From Hormiphora californensis (Eukaryota; Animalia; Ctenophora), in contig CM035354.1 in NCBI GenBank assembly GCA_020137815.1, positions 5,828,001 to 5,892,000 of the forward strand: DNA of 64,000 nucleotides, given 5' to 3'. Below, piece after piece: positions 1 to 12,300 of the stretch. The notes beneath the pieces were generated by a model that had not been told where the DNA came from, did no database searches, and saw only the letters and a list, made by a program, of their open reading frames with translations. The first letter of the stretch is position 1, and each line of letters begins with the position of its first letter. The translations under genes were made by a program, and so were the position numbers.

Positions 1-707
1 TTAAGGGTCTGCCGCAGAGCCTCCTTGTTTCCCTTCAACTGGTCCGGGAGGTGTTGTTCTAGTTTTGAGACGGTATCAGGGCATTTCAGGAGGGTATCAA
101 CCACATCTTTAGTGATGACATTGGCGGGGGTAACAGATTCCTTCTGCTGTCCACTGCTAACAGCATCCAGCATCTCCTGGAGTTTCACACTGCTCAATCC
201 TCCAGCTGCCCCACTGGCCGTGGTTGCTGGGGTGGTACCCGCAGGGGTTGTAGTAGCTGGTTTCGCCTCCGTGGTCCGGGATGTAACGGGAGTCTCAGGT
301 GCTGCGGCAGGTGCAACTGGTCCATTAAGAAGCTCGTTCACCTTCTTGCAGTTCGCCTTGTCCTTTTCATCATTAGCGTCCTGCATCCAGCAGAAGAACC
401 TCCTGCTGGAGCTCCTGAACTTCATCAGGTACACCCGTCCTGTGGTGCACTGGGAGACACGAGAGAAATCAGCATCGTCAGGGAAGATGATCAGATCATC
501 AACGAGCTCCCCACTTGTCCTGTCTTTCCAGCAGAAGTGAGTCAGACCATCCTCGGATTTGTAGATGTAGACAGTGCCCTTACGGGTGTCAGGGTGCACC
601 ATTTTACCCTTCTGGGTCATCTTACCCGCCTTGAACTCAATGAGATTCTTAGAGGGGGTGGAGGTGTGGGTGCTGGGTTGGAGGCCACCGAACAGGGGAA
701 GTGCCAT
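1..707 (-). CDS. ADRM1: Proteasomal ubiquitin receptor ADRM1/Rpn13, runs off the window start
   Basis: Manual translation from ATG 707 (absent from the ORF track): MALPLFGG...LIEFKAGKMTQKGKMVHPDTRKGTVYIYKSEDGLTHFCWKDRTSGELVDDLIIFPDD...CTTGRVYLMKF...WMQD is the Pru domain, followed by an Ala/Thr/Pro linker and a helical region. Confidence 0.95.
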   Translation of the reverse strand, partial: MALPLFGGLQPSTHTSTPSKNLIEFKAGKMTQKGKMVHPDTRKGTVYIYKSEDGLTHFCWKDRTSGELVDDLIIFPDDADFSRVSQCTTGRVYLMKFRSSSRRFFCWMQDANDEKDKANCKKVNELLNGPVAPAAAPETPVTSRTTEAKPATTTPAGTTPATTASGAAGGLSSVKLQEMLDAVSSGQQKESVTPANVITKDVVDTLLKCPDTVSKLEQHLPDQLKGNKEALRQTL

Positions 708-1288
708 GATGTAGTACTTGTATCTAGAGATAGAGATAGAGAAGGGAATTAGGAAGGATCTAGACTCTAGAGATAGAGGAGTGAATTAGGAAGGTGTGGG
801 CAATTAAAACACAGGTTGAGAAATTGGGAAATCAAAAAAACTACTGTTATGATTCAAGTACACAGGTAAATTGATTGGACAACTTTCTATCCAAAACAAT
901 TACGTTTCTCTTCTGTTGGGTAATTATTGCCTTGCTCGACCCTGTCTCAAAAGGGTTTGAACAAAACAAGATAATTACATAATTGGGTAATACCTCGTAA
1001 TTAACGCAGCTCAATACTAAAACATTGCAAGTTGATGAGAGAATATAACTTCCTATATATTTGATAAACCACGGATAATTTATCAGACACAGACACACAC
1101 AGACACACACATGGTATAGAAAACAAGTGATTAGAGCACGGCTCTGTCAGTAACAGGTATATTGGTCCCGGGTTGGCGGGGTACATCACACACACAAACA
1201 CAAACTAAATAACAAAAACTAAAGATATGCAGATGTTACACAACGCGTTCATAAAAACTTATACATAATTAACATGCATTACAATCCC

Positions 1289-2449
1289 CTATACGTTTTG
1301 TAACCTGCCCGCCCTGAACCCTGCCGTATGGATCTCGGACCCCTCACTATCACTGACCTCCAACATTACTCCAGCAGGCGAGACGCCTCCCTGATCTACC
1401 TCACCCATCTCCTCCCTTATCTCATTAGAGGATATCCTCTTCCTCAGCAACACATTGATATCCTCCTGTCTCACAATGGATCGCCGCTGGGGCCGCTGGT
1501 CCTCTAGTGTGCCAGACAGGTCCGGTAGGGCAATACCAAAGGGCCGCCGGGTGGCAGTGTCAAGAGAGTTCGTTAGGGAGTAACATAGCATCATCACCTC
1601 AGGGTAAACCTCATATTCTGCACGTTGTAACACACACTCCAGTGCTATCTTCCCCGCTGTACAATGTCCGTTAAAGATACAGTGTTGGATACCTTGTACT
1701 AGGGACGTGAGGAGGGCCCTGTTTAGGCTAAATCGATCCTTGCACGGCTCCCATTTACACGATATTGCAACTGAGGGAGTGAGAGAGGGTGTCCCACTGA
1801 CAGACAACCAAATGCACAACCTGAGAAAACGTTCCAAACTAACTGGACTTGCATCTTTTATCAGATGTACATATTTCTCACACAGAATGGCGAGGACAGA
1901 TAGGCGATTAGAAGCTGTTATCTCGGAAAACGATTCACCGTAACCCCTATCGTTATGTATGGGCTCCATGTTAAATCCACGTGCTAGATTGGCTTCTGTC
2001 AGACCCCCTGAACAGTGCATTTTAGCAGGATTATGATACACGCTAGCCACATGGATGGTGGGCATTCTAAAACCCATACTGGATGAGGATATTTCCAATA
2101 GATTTGTTGCTAGGTGAGATAGAATGGTTGCAGATTCGCTGGGTTCGTCAGATCGCAATGATGAGAGGTAAAGCCAAATTGTCGTTGGTATACATTGCAA
2201 TGCTAGCTTCAATGATTGTTCAGTGTTCTCTTTCACTAGTGAAAACAGAAGGGGATACAGGATTTTGAGACATTTCTTGTTGGTGTCAGTCAACTTGAGG
2301 AGGTTGGACAGTACCTCTGGATCTTCTGATAGTTCCTCTGAAACTTTATCACCGTTATGGAGTTGTTCCAGAACTTCAACACCGTTTTCAATACTGTTAT
2401 TGTTCGACTGCTCCTCAATTAGCCCCCTCAACTCTCCTATACTGAGCAT
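1289..2449 (-). CDS. FAM126A: Hyccin/FAM126 family (PI4KA complex subunit), intronless
   Basis: LQCIPTTIWLYLS, FRMPTIHVASVYHNP and LLTSLVQGIQHCIFNG resemble conserved hyccin blocks. First in-frame ATG is 2449 (the track starts at TTG 2464). Confidence 0.85.
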   Translation of the reverse strand: MLSIGELRGLIEEQSNNNSIENGVEVLEQLHNGDKVSEELSEDPEVLSNLLKLTDTNKKCLKILYPLLFSLVKENTEQSLKLALQCIPTTIWLYLSSLRSDEPSESATILSHLATNLLEISSSSMGFRMPTIHVASVYHNPAKMHCSGGLTEANLARGFNMEPIHNDRGYGESFSEITASNRLSVLAILCEKYVHLIKDASPVSLERFLRLCIWLSVSGTPSLTPSVAISCKWEPCKDRFSLNRALLTSLVQGIQHCIFNGHCTAGKIALECVLQRAEYEVYPEVMMLCYSLTNSLDTATRRPFGIALPDLSGTLEDQRPQRRSIVRQEDINVLLRKRISSNEIREEMGEVDQGGVSPAGVMLEVSDSEGSEIHTAGFRAGRLQNV

Positions 2450-3299
2450 TCCCGAGTTTTCCAATCTTACTTCATGATGATTTCAGTTCCCTAAGAAGGT
2501 AATTGGTCGATATTAACAAGATTATAAACGTTTTAGAATTGCCAAATACAATTACCAAGACTATGAAACGCAAATTAAAAAGATCATCATGTATGATGTC
2601 GGTGTTGATACTTAATTCATAATTGTGTCTCCTGCTATCATACTGTAGTGAGCCTCTTGTGTACTGCAGTATACTGGAGGCTCAAGAAGGACTTAGTACT
2701 GTTTAAAAGCTATCAATCTAAACGGATATCAGCACTGCTACATTTGAATTTATCGACTTGTTTTATTTCATTACGATCGGGGTGTTTTGGGCCTGCCGAA
2801 AAGTACCAACTGGCAACTACCATGCAAAATTTTTGGTAGATTATCGGAGCCGGGAGGTGTGGAAATTTTAAGGTTGGGAATTTATAAATTTTCGAAAATG
2901 AAATTAATTTTATGTAATGTAATGTAATGTAATGTAAATTATGCACTTAATATCCCACTCAATAGTGAATATATACCCGGAAAAATGGTGCCAACGCACT
3001 CTCTAAAGTATCACTTTCTCAAGTGGATTACATTGTCTTTCTGAACTTAACGAAATGTTGCTCGCAACAACCGGAGCAACTTCAAAACACAACTTATTAA
3101 AAAACACTAAAAAAGAATAAATTAAATTGTTAATAAATTAGCCCCCGATCATACAAAAGTCCAGAACGCTTGATTTGGTATCAGTAAGGGGCCCTTACTA
3201 AGGGCGCCTGTGCATCGTCGGCACGGATTAGTGTTTCATTCGTCAAATATCGGGTCTCTCGTTCGCACTCCCATAACCAGTACCACTCCCTGCAGGGAG

Positions 3300-4040
3300 G
3301 GTGGGTGGTGAGAAAATGCCGATTTTCAGAACAAATACGTACCAAAGGTAGTAATGTGTTTAGTAGCTGTCCAGGGAGGGAAGATCCGGTGTGATAAAGT
3401 GGAAGGATGTGGAGACACGAATCCGGATGGGATGCAGAAGGGAGGGTGCAAAAGCAGGAACCAAGGAGGGAGGGGGTGTAGAACCAGGTACCAAGGAGGG
3501 AGAGGGTATGGAAACAGGTACCCAGAAGGAGGGTTCAGACACAGGGACCGAAGAGGGAGGGCGCAGAAGTAGGTACCCAGAAGGGAGGGTACAGAATCAG
3601 GACCCATGGGGAAGGGTGTAGAGGGCGGACCTAGGAGGGAGACTGGAGAGGTGTGGAAGCAGGACCCAGGAAGCAGGACCCAGGAGGGAGGGTGCAGGAA
3701 CAGGTACCAAGGAGGACGGGGTGTAGAAGCAGGTACCGAGAAGGGAGGGTGCAGAAGCAGGTTCCAGGAGGGAAGATGAAGTAGCAAGTTCAAGGATGCG
3801 GAGGGAAGCCTTAGGTGGAGGTACTTATGGTCAAAAGAGATCCAGGGAGAGGTGCTGAAAAGGAGTTGCCCAAGATAAGGTGCAGAAGGAAGTGCCCAAC
3901 GGTACAGTCAAGGGAGGATACAGAAGGAGGTGTACAGAATGGAGTGTAGAAAGGGGGGCACCAGGGCCGGGGGGGGGGTGTCCAGTAGGAGGGAACTAGG
4001 AGCTGGGGCATAGACTGCAGAAGAGAGGGACCCACGGGTG
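3300..4040. repeat. Degenerate purine-rich minisatellite in the LINE 3' UTR
   Basis: Recurring units like gcaggtaccNagaagggagggtgcagaa with strong G/A strand bias. Confidence 0.8.
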
Positions 4041-4082
4041 TCTTGAGGCGGTGGTCGCAGAGCTGGTTGTGATTGAAACAGA

Positions 4083-7020
4083 TTAGATCACGGAGTATGA
4101 GCCTCCATAGGTCTTCACAAAGAGATAGGTCTTCAGTTGCTTTTTGAAGAGATTAACAGTTTCCAGTTGCCGGATTTTTCTTGGCAGATTGTTCCAAATA
4201 ACTGGACCAGCAATGGAAATTCCTCGTTCAGTGATTTTATGTCGCAGCTTTAGGTCACCATGAATCTTTTCCTCTAGCAAGGTTTTGTCGTTATTTGCAC
4301 GAAGATTGACAGATTTTGGTCGACGTTTTTGGATCTCATTGGTTAAATAGTCAGGTGCATAACCATGAACAACTTGGTGCATCAACAGACAGACCTTAAA
4401 GTGAATCCTAGCTTCAACTGGCAGAAAATGTAGCCATCGCCTGAGAGCCGTAACCCCTCTTCGCTTCTTCCATCCGAATATATACCTTGTAGCTGAATTT
4501 TGGATCTTCTGTAGTCTATTGAGTTGCTTTGCCGAAATTCCATTAAGAAGCGAATTACAGAAGTCAAGCTTGGAATGTATGAACACATTTACCATCCTTA
4601 TCTTAGACTGCCAGTTCAGCATATCTCCTATCCTCCAAAAGTTGGTAAGGTAGCCCATGCATCCACGGACAACGTGAGATACGTGTTTCTCCATGCTAAG
4701 TTTTTCATCAAAGACCACCCCAAGATTTCTCGCCGACTCAACTGTGTCAGTCGGTGTTCCAAAGACAGTAAGTTTGGGTGGGCTTGGTTCACGATCATAT
4801 GCTGATCTTACTACCATCACTTCTGTTTTTCCTGAGTTTAGCATAAGGCGGTTTTTAGCCATCCATTTTTGTATGTCAAGTAGGCATCTGTTAATTTTTT
4901 CCTCGGTTGCAGCAAGCTCAGCATTCTTGAAAGAGCAGTAAAGCTGACTGTCATCAGCATACAGATGTAGCTTCATACCATGCAACTGGACAATCTGCTC
5001 CAACTCCTTGGTGTACATTATGAACAGTATAGGACCAAGAATACTACCCTGTGGTACACCAATAGTTACTTCTCGGGGCGTTGAGGATGCACTACCTATC
5101 TTCACAGACGATGATCTTCCTGTGAGGTACGATCTGAACCACTCCAGTGCTTTACCACCAATCCCATAGGTGTTACGAAGTTTCCTGAGTAGCCTTTCGT
5201 GGTCAATAGTATCAAACGCAGCGCTCAAGTCAAGCAACAAGAGCACTGCCTTAGAGTTATCATCTGTGAGGAGTAGCAAGTCATCAAGTATCTTTACAGT
5301 TGTGGTCTCAACACTATGACCCTTCCTATATGCTGATTGGAATCTACCTAGAAGGTTGTTTGTCTCCAGGTATCCTGTCAGCTGAAGGGAGACAGCCTTT
5401 TCTATCACTTTTGAGATGAAACTTAAATTAGATACCGGTCGATAGTTTTTCAGATCTTCTTTATCACCTTGCTTTAGTTTAAAAGACGGTCTGACTTGAG
5501 CGACTTTAAGATTAGACGGAAAAACTCCACTGGCGAGACTGGTATTGACAATGTGGGACACCATCTCTATCAGCTCAGGTAGGAGGTTCGATATCATCGA
5601 GGTTGGGATCGGATCCAAGTCACAATGCTTATGCGCCATAGAACGGATAAGTTTGACAAGTTCCTCGTCTGTTAGTTTCTGGAACTCTTCAAATTTGCAC
5701 TTTAGTACAGGATCGGGGATTTCAGGAGCAGGACCTAACCGTTCAGCCTCTATCTCAATCTTCTCATAGATGTCGTCCACCTTCTTTTTAAAGTAGTCAG
5801 CAAAAGCCTCAGCCAGCTCTGCATCTTCCAACCCGCTAGGTTTCTCTGTCGGATTCTTAGTCCTCCCCAGAATAAAGTTCGTAAGACGAAAAAAGGGCTG
5901 CAGCATTGTTCTTGGATTCACTAATCTTCTTGTGGTAGAAATCACGCCTTGCAGTCTTGATAGTAGCAGTGGCTTCTACGTTCGCTTTTTTCAGTTCATA
6001 AAGAGCTGTCAAAATATCACCGGACCGTTTCTTCACAACCATAAGCATCCTTTCTGCTTTCCTTCTCTTTCGCTTGGCGACTTGACACGTCAGCCTGTAC
6101 CAAACAGGCCTTTCCTTCTGTGAAACCAGCCTGGGAACTTCAGGGGCCTCTTCGTCAAGAAACTTACGCAGTTCGCTGTTGTATAAGTCTATACACTCTT
6201 CTAAAGACAGTGTTAGATCAATACCGACCAAATCAGATTGATTTATCCTCTCCACAAATGAGTCTATGTCCAAATCCTTGAAGGACCTGGTTATAACGAC
6301 CTTCGGTTCCTTCTCGTGAGGTTGTATACCAAGATGATAGCGAAAACTCACTAAATAGTGATCAGGTAAGTAAACTTTCTCCTCAGACACAATGTTGGTT
6401 ACTCCGGGTGATTCAGGTGAAGCACGTGATATAACAAGATCGAGAGTTCCCCCTTTATTGTGAGTTGGGGACTTAACCACTTGTTTCCAGCCATGGTCTT
6501 CAAGTATTCCTAAGAAGTCTGTAGAAAGTTTGTCATTTGATCGCTCAACGTGAACGTTAAAATCACCAACCAAAAGGGATCCTTTTCGTTCAGTGAAGCC
6601 ATGGAGAAAGTCCTCCCACTCATCCAAGAACACTGAATTTCTTCGCCTGGTCGGTGAGCTGTAGACTACAGCTAAAACTGTTTTCTGGAGATGCTTCCCA
6701 CTAATTGTTGCCTCTAGGTATTCAATCGAGTTATAGTGCTTGCTTTTCCCTCGAGCAGTGACATTAAGATCCTCTTTGTGCATAATTGCCACTCCACCTC
6801 CTTTCCTTCCATAACCCCGACTTTTACTAAGGAGAGTGTATCCGAACTCCTTCATCAGTGCCCTAATAGCACTCTCATCTTCTTTGAGCCAAGTCTCTGT
6901 AAGACAAACTACATCCAACCTCTGGTCACGAGCGGCCTCAATAACATCAAAGACTCTCATCTGGCTTGTCAGCGAGCAACAGTTTATATTCGCGAACTGG
7001 AGGTACGATTCCGGTTTTTT
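4083..7020 (-). CDS. LINE ORF2 (APE endonuclease + reverse transcriptase), broken by a 1-nt frameshift at ~5890
   Basis: APE motifs NINCCSL, CLTETW, GDFN, TLDLV, PDH. RT motifs NYRPVSNL, LLDLSAAFDTIDH, GVPQGSILGP, YADD. Deleting one T from the T6 run joins ALF to RLTNFILGR. Confidence 0.92.
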
Positions 7021-8456
7021 GAAATCTCATCCATATGTTTCTGTAGTTCTGGACAGCCTTGGTAAGCTGCATGATGATCAGTAGACTTGCAGTTGGAGCA
7101 TTGATAGGTTTCTCGCTGATCTTTTGTGGGACATGAAGCACTTGTGTGATTTTTAGAGCAATACATGCATGTCGCAGGATTATCCTTTGATGGACACTTG
7201 TCTGTACTGTGACCAGGTCGTTGACAATGGTGACATTGTTTAAAGAAGGCAAAGGGCTCAACTCTGCATCTGGTCAGATCAAAATTAAGCATCCCGTTCC
7301 TCAGCAGTGTCTCCCGAACTCCTTCACTTACTCTGATCCTCACATTCATGAACTCAGGTCGTCTAACATGTCGTTTCCAGTACACCACTTTAAAATCTGG
7401 TTTTTTCAGGGTTTCTGGGTTTTTCCGAGCAAGGTTATCCGTGACAAATTCTAGAATTTCAGAGTCTACTACCTCTTCAGGGACAGGTAAGTTGAATACA
7501 GTAACCTTTACCCCACTGTGTGTCTGTAGCTTTGATTCATCAATCTCAGCCCTTAGTAATCCAGCGGCATCTGTCTTTGTTTTCTCATCTCCAAAGAGGA
7601 GAGTAACTTTTCCTTCACCCTCATGGGCTCTTACCGGGGTATCCTTCAGAATTCTTCTGATCTGTGACAGGGTAACTTTGGTATCATCAGAGAAAACGTT
7701 TATCCTGTGAATGGGAGGCGGGGGAGGGTTAGCAGCAGTGGTAGATGGTGTTGGGAGAAGGGTATGAAGGGCATGGTTAGTAGCGGGCGTAGAAGCAGGA
7801 GGATTTTGGAGAAGGTGACGGTTATTCCTACGAGAACCGGCTGTTTGCCATGCAGGTACTGTCGGGGTTACTGGATCAGCATGTGTGGGTCGTTCAGAAT
7901 TGGATATCTGCGAAGCTGAGGAAGACGGTAGATCAGCCGGGGAAATCTCCACGGAGGGGCCTGGGATTTCAGGGGAAGAAATGTTAGGATTAGAGGGTGG
8001 TTTAACAGAAGTTAGTGTGGGATCAGGAACATGAGATTGGGTAACAGCCTCGGGGGAAATGGGATGTGCTCCACCCCTTTGAATTTCAGCGGTTACCAGG
8101 GTTACCAGTTCAGTGATCAGAGATGGCGCAAGAGAAGTTATCGCAAAGCCATTTTTGAACACTAAACAAGGGGGACATTGCCATCCAGACCGAGTAAGGG
8201 TATTGAGCGTGGTTTGAGAAAGCCCTATCAGCGAGACGCATTCTGCATGATATGTGCGTTTGCAGCCGCTACATTTTATCGAAGCCTTCCTCGACTTCTT
8301 ACCGCATATACAACCTGGAGGCGTTGATTCAGGATCAGGAGATTTGGGAGCAGGAGATTTGGTAACACTGGGATAACTCGATCGTAATCCAATTCTGCCA
8401 CCCGACTTTTCAGTTTGCACTACTAGTGCAGTCATTGTTTTAATCAGCTTCCTCAC
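6984..8456 (-). CDS. LINE ORF1 with PHD finger and three CCHC zinc knuckles
   Basis: CICG...CSGCKRTYHAECV...WQCPPC (PHD); C-terminal CHHC..H..C, CMYC..H..C and CSNC..HH..C knuckles. Confidence 0.88.
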   Translation of the reverse strand: MRKLIKTMTALVVQTEKSGGRIGLRSSYPSVTKSPAPKSPDPESTPPGCICGKKSRKASIKCSGCKRTYHAECVSLIGLSQTTLNTLTRSGWQCPPCLVFKNGFAITSLAPSLITELVTLVTAEIQRGGAHPISPEAVTQSHVPDPTLTSVKPPSNPNISSPEIPGPSVEISPADLPSSSASQISNSERPTHADPVTPTVPAWQTAGSRRNNRHLLQNPPASTPATNHALHTLLPTPSTTAANPPPPPIHRINVFSDDTKVTLSQIRRILKDTPVRAHEGEGKVTLLFGDEKTKTDAAGLLRAEIDESKLQTHSGVKVTVFNLPVPEEVVDSEILEFVTDNLARKNPETLKKPDFKVVYWKRHVRRPEFMNVRIRVSEGVRETLLRNGMLNFDLTRCRVEPFAFFKQCHHCQRPGHSTDKCPSKDNPATCMYCSKNHTSASCPTKDQRETYQCSNCKSTDHHAAYQGCPELQKHMDEISKNRNRTSSSRI

Positions 8457-9309
8457 TGGTTACTGTAGGGTCATACGACTGAAACAATTGAGGGGGGATG
8501 CCGCCTCAATAAATAGTTTTACGTTGTAGTTGATGAAAGTTTGAAATCTTCCCGCCACGGCCCCGGCAGGCGGCATTCCTCCGGCTCCTGCAAATGTGGG
8601 GCTCTCCGCCCTCCGACTTTCCCGGTCTGGCTTACCCGTCGGGCCCTATGGCTCTGACCACCAAGGCACTCAACCCTAACCATTGTCTTAGCAGCTAAGA
8701 CTTATCTGTAATTGGCATACGTTGCAGGTGCGCGCATGAGGGGGCTGCAGCGCATTCCAATATCTGTAACACCAAAAAGTAAAAATCCTCAGACGACCCA
8801 ATTTTTTTGCAACTTTGCCACTTTTTTCAAAGCTTTTTTCACTCGTTTTACAGAGCGCCGCGCGAGTGCGTGAATAATATTGCAGCGTTTTAAAGTCCGT
8901 TTCAAGCGACTTGACCCGTAATTCTTGGAATTTGGCGCATTGCGCGTGTATTTACAAAGGGGAAATCCTGAATTTCCAGGAATCTCAGGTCAAGTCGTTT
9001 GAAAGCACTTTTAAAGTCCGTTTCAAGCGACTTGACCCGTAATTCTTGGAATTTGGCGCATTGCTGTCTGGCGCCGCGACCCATCTGAGCGTGTATTTAA
9101 AGGTCCCCCCAAACTACTATGTCCCTTGCTGCGCGCGACCGGATTTTAGACGGCCATAGCTCCACCCCCTGATATGATAGAGACTTGAAATTTGTTTTGT
9201 GAGGAGATCATGTCGAGTTCTTCCTACAAAACAAATTTCAAGTCTCTATCTCATCAGGGAGTGGAGTTATGACCGTGGGAAATTTTACAAAACCCGAGTG
9301 AGGGACATA

Positions 9310-12300
9310 TTATTATTATTATTATTAAATCTATATTGTATACATTGGCAAAATCAACATACACACACTCCTTTTTGTGAGCAAAATAGGATTATCATAT
9401 AGATTCTCGATTATATAGATGAGTAGATTAGCACTATGTACTAGAACTATATAGATAGCCTTATAAAATATAAAACGTATAAAACGTATAAAATAGTGAT
9501 TAAAGTTAATTAATTAAATTAAATTGAGATTAAAGTGATAAGATAAGAATAAATTAAAGTGTGATTAAGTGATAAGAGAAGAATAAGTTAAAGAGTAAAA
9601 ATATTAACGCTTAAAAAAAATAAATACTGAAGGAATGGGGGTGAAGCTAAGTCAAACGATGAGTGAGGAGTAAGGGTGAGAGATAGGATGATAAAACAGA
9701 GTAAGTGAGCTAATGCTAAACAAATGTGAGACTAGGTACAGCTAGAAAAATTACATATCTAAAAATAGAGAATTAAAGACTAGTAAGCTAATGGTTTAAA
9801 AACTCTTCCCCAAATTCAAGGTTGGCGGATACCTCATTAACTAGATTTCGAAACTTCTGTTTAAGATTCCTATCTCTAGAGAATATGAGTGGAATGTGAA
9901 AGTTGGCAGTACAATCAGATAGAGGCTGACACTGCCCCCTTAGAGCCGAAACAGCTCCTGCCGAAGTACACTGGAACAGCTTGTGGAAAGTTGAGTCCAG
10001 TTCAACACCACACTCCAAACAGAAGGGTTCCTCAATCACCTGGGAGCGGTTTTCAACTGAGAATGCGAAATTCTGAAACCGTAGATTATGCCCGTGAGTA
10101 AAATCAAGGAGTCTGGTAGAGGTTTCCCTGTCCATGGATCTCGTAACTAGTGGACATGCAGAAAGAGCACCCGTGTCAACCATTTCTTTGAAGTCGTCCA
10201 GTGAACCCTCCCCATTGTTTCCTTTTACAAGGTCTCCAATAGATGTCACCACAAAACTGTCCCACAAGTGCCACTGGTACAGATCCATGTCTTCTTTGGA
10301 ATAGTGGAGTTTATCTGGATCATACGACAGGAGTTCACATCCTCTCCGAAAGGATCTTCCCTCGGTTAGTTGTCTTCCCGAGTTGATATCGACCTGTCTT
10401 TCAGCCCATTCAAGATACTTCTTAACTGCTGCAATGTGGCTGTAGAAGACATGTCGAGGTTCCGATTCTATCTGAAACAATTTGGCAGTCATGGTGTCCC
10501 TCGCCGTTAGACCCTTTAGGATGAACTTTGTAGTTAACACTTCCAGAGTGATGCTCAGTGGTGGGATAGTCGTCAGAAGATCCGAAAGCACACCTGAGAT
10601 ATAGAACTGGCTTCCCAAGATCTTTAGCTTGGCTTTTGTCATCAAATTCTTGAAGTCCGCTAATCTCTCTTTTAGCCATAGAGGTGCAGCATATAGAAGC
10701 TTGGTGAGCACCACTGTCTTGAACAAAATAGATAGTGCGGAGCTGTTCATACCAGCAGTTCTAGATGTAGAGCCAGAAAGGATTCCCCAGGAGTACCAAC
10801 ATTTCTGCAAGATGAAAGTGGAATGTTTCTTGAAGCTTAGCTCCGAGTCTAGATACACTCCGAGCACTTTACTCGAGTCAGTGTAATTGATTATTTTGGA
10901 TCCTAGGGTCATTATAGGAAGGGGAGCTGGATCCCATCTCTTGGGGAATACAACCAGAATTTCTGTTTTGTTCTTGTCACAGTTAACAATCAACCTCCAC
11001 TTATTGCACCACGCCTCTAGATACTCAAGGATCGATAACATGGCGGACTCGCACTCTACCTGAGTTCCAGTAACCACAACCGTTCCATCGTCAGCAAATT
11101 TAAATGTCTCGGAGCACCCTCTTGCTCCGTTAGGTAGATTCCTAGTCGTGAGAAGGTCCGCAATGTACAGAATAAACAGTAGAGGCGACAACACTCCTCC
11201 TTGAGGTAGGCCCACGAGAGTACAAGCTCTCGCCCTGCCGATCTTCCCATTAATCTTCAGTTTAACCAGCCTACTGGAGAGCATGCAATGCAATAATCGA
11301 AGGAGGTGACCTTTTACTCCAAACCCATGGAGCTTGTAGATAAGGCAATCAGTTGGTACCGTGTCGAAAGCTTTCTCAAAGTCCAGTAACAGTATGAAAG
11401 CAGTAGCTTTTCTACGACGGTTTTCATGTAGAGTTGAAAGAAGCCTATAAAGGTATCGGGTGGTGCTTCGGACTGGGAGGAAACCCTCCTGTTCATCGTC
11501 CAAGATATCCTCCATGTCGCAGAGCTCACGCATTCTTCGATCAATTATCCGCTCTAAGACCTTTCCGATGTAACTGGTGATTGATATTGGACGAAAAGAG
11601 CCGGGATTTAGGTAGGTCTTCTTTCCTTGTTTCTTGATGAATGTCACGATCGCTGATTTCCATGGCCAAGTAGATGATTTCAAGCATAGTGTGAAGAATT
11701 CAGCCAGAAAGGCTTTTGCTCCATGTCCCAGGTGCTTTATAAACTGTGGGTGGATTCCATCACCGTCTACGGTTTTGCTGCCACATTTCTGCCTAGAGAT
11801 TGCTGCCACAACTTCGTCCACAGAAACTTCTCTGTTCAGCTCATCTTCCTCATCCACTTCCTCGAGCAGGAAACCCTCAACCGCATTCTTGATAGCTCTA
11901 TAGTGATCTTCATCGAAGTTACTACCACGAAGATGTTTGCCTCCGAAGAAGGTATCGAAAAGAAGAGCCTCTTTCTCCAGTTCCCCGTGAAGTAGCCGAC
12001 CGTTTTCCTGCAGACAACCGATGTAGTTCTCCTCCGGCGGAAGAAAAGTTGACCTGTATCGTTTCCAGAAGATACGTGAGTCTGCCACGTTTAGGCCCTC
12101 CAGTCTCTTATGAATCCAGGAATTCCTCCCCCTGATAAGCTCGTCCTTGAATAACAGCTTCGCCTCCTCTAGAGTTTCTTTGTTTGCATGTGTTCGTCTA
12201 TACCGGTACTGGTTTTGAGCAGCTCGGAGCCTCATTGATAAATCCGTTAGTTCTTCAGTCCAGTACGGCTTTGAGTGCCTACACACAGTTTTCTTCGGAA

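Larger units (their letters stand above)
2912..8680 (-). mobile_element. Near full-length non-LTR retrotransposon, L2/CR1-like (ORF1 + APE-RT, long 3' UTR, (TTACA)n tail)
   Basis: ORF1, endonuclease and RT in order. About five TTACA units at ~2912-2938 on the minus strand. GC-rich 5' region ~8550-8680; the 5' boundary is approximate and no TSD was found. Confidence 0.9.

Noticed and set aside
25-752. Plus-strand ORFs of 171 and 71 aa
   Set aside because: Antisense shadows of ADRM1.
5885-5900. Programmed +1 frameshift at CTT TTT TCG between EN and RT
   Set aside because: A single extra T in a homopolymer; similar indels occur in host genes here, so error or mutation is more likely.
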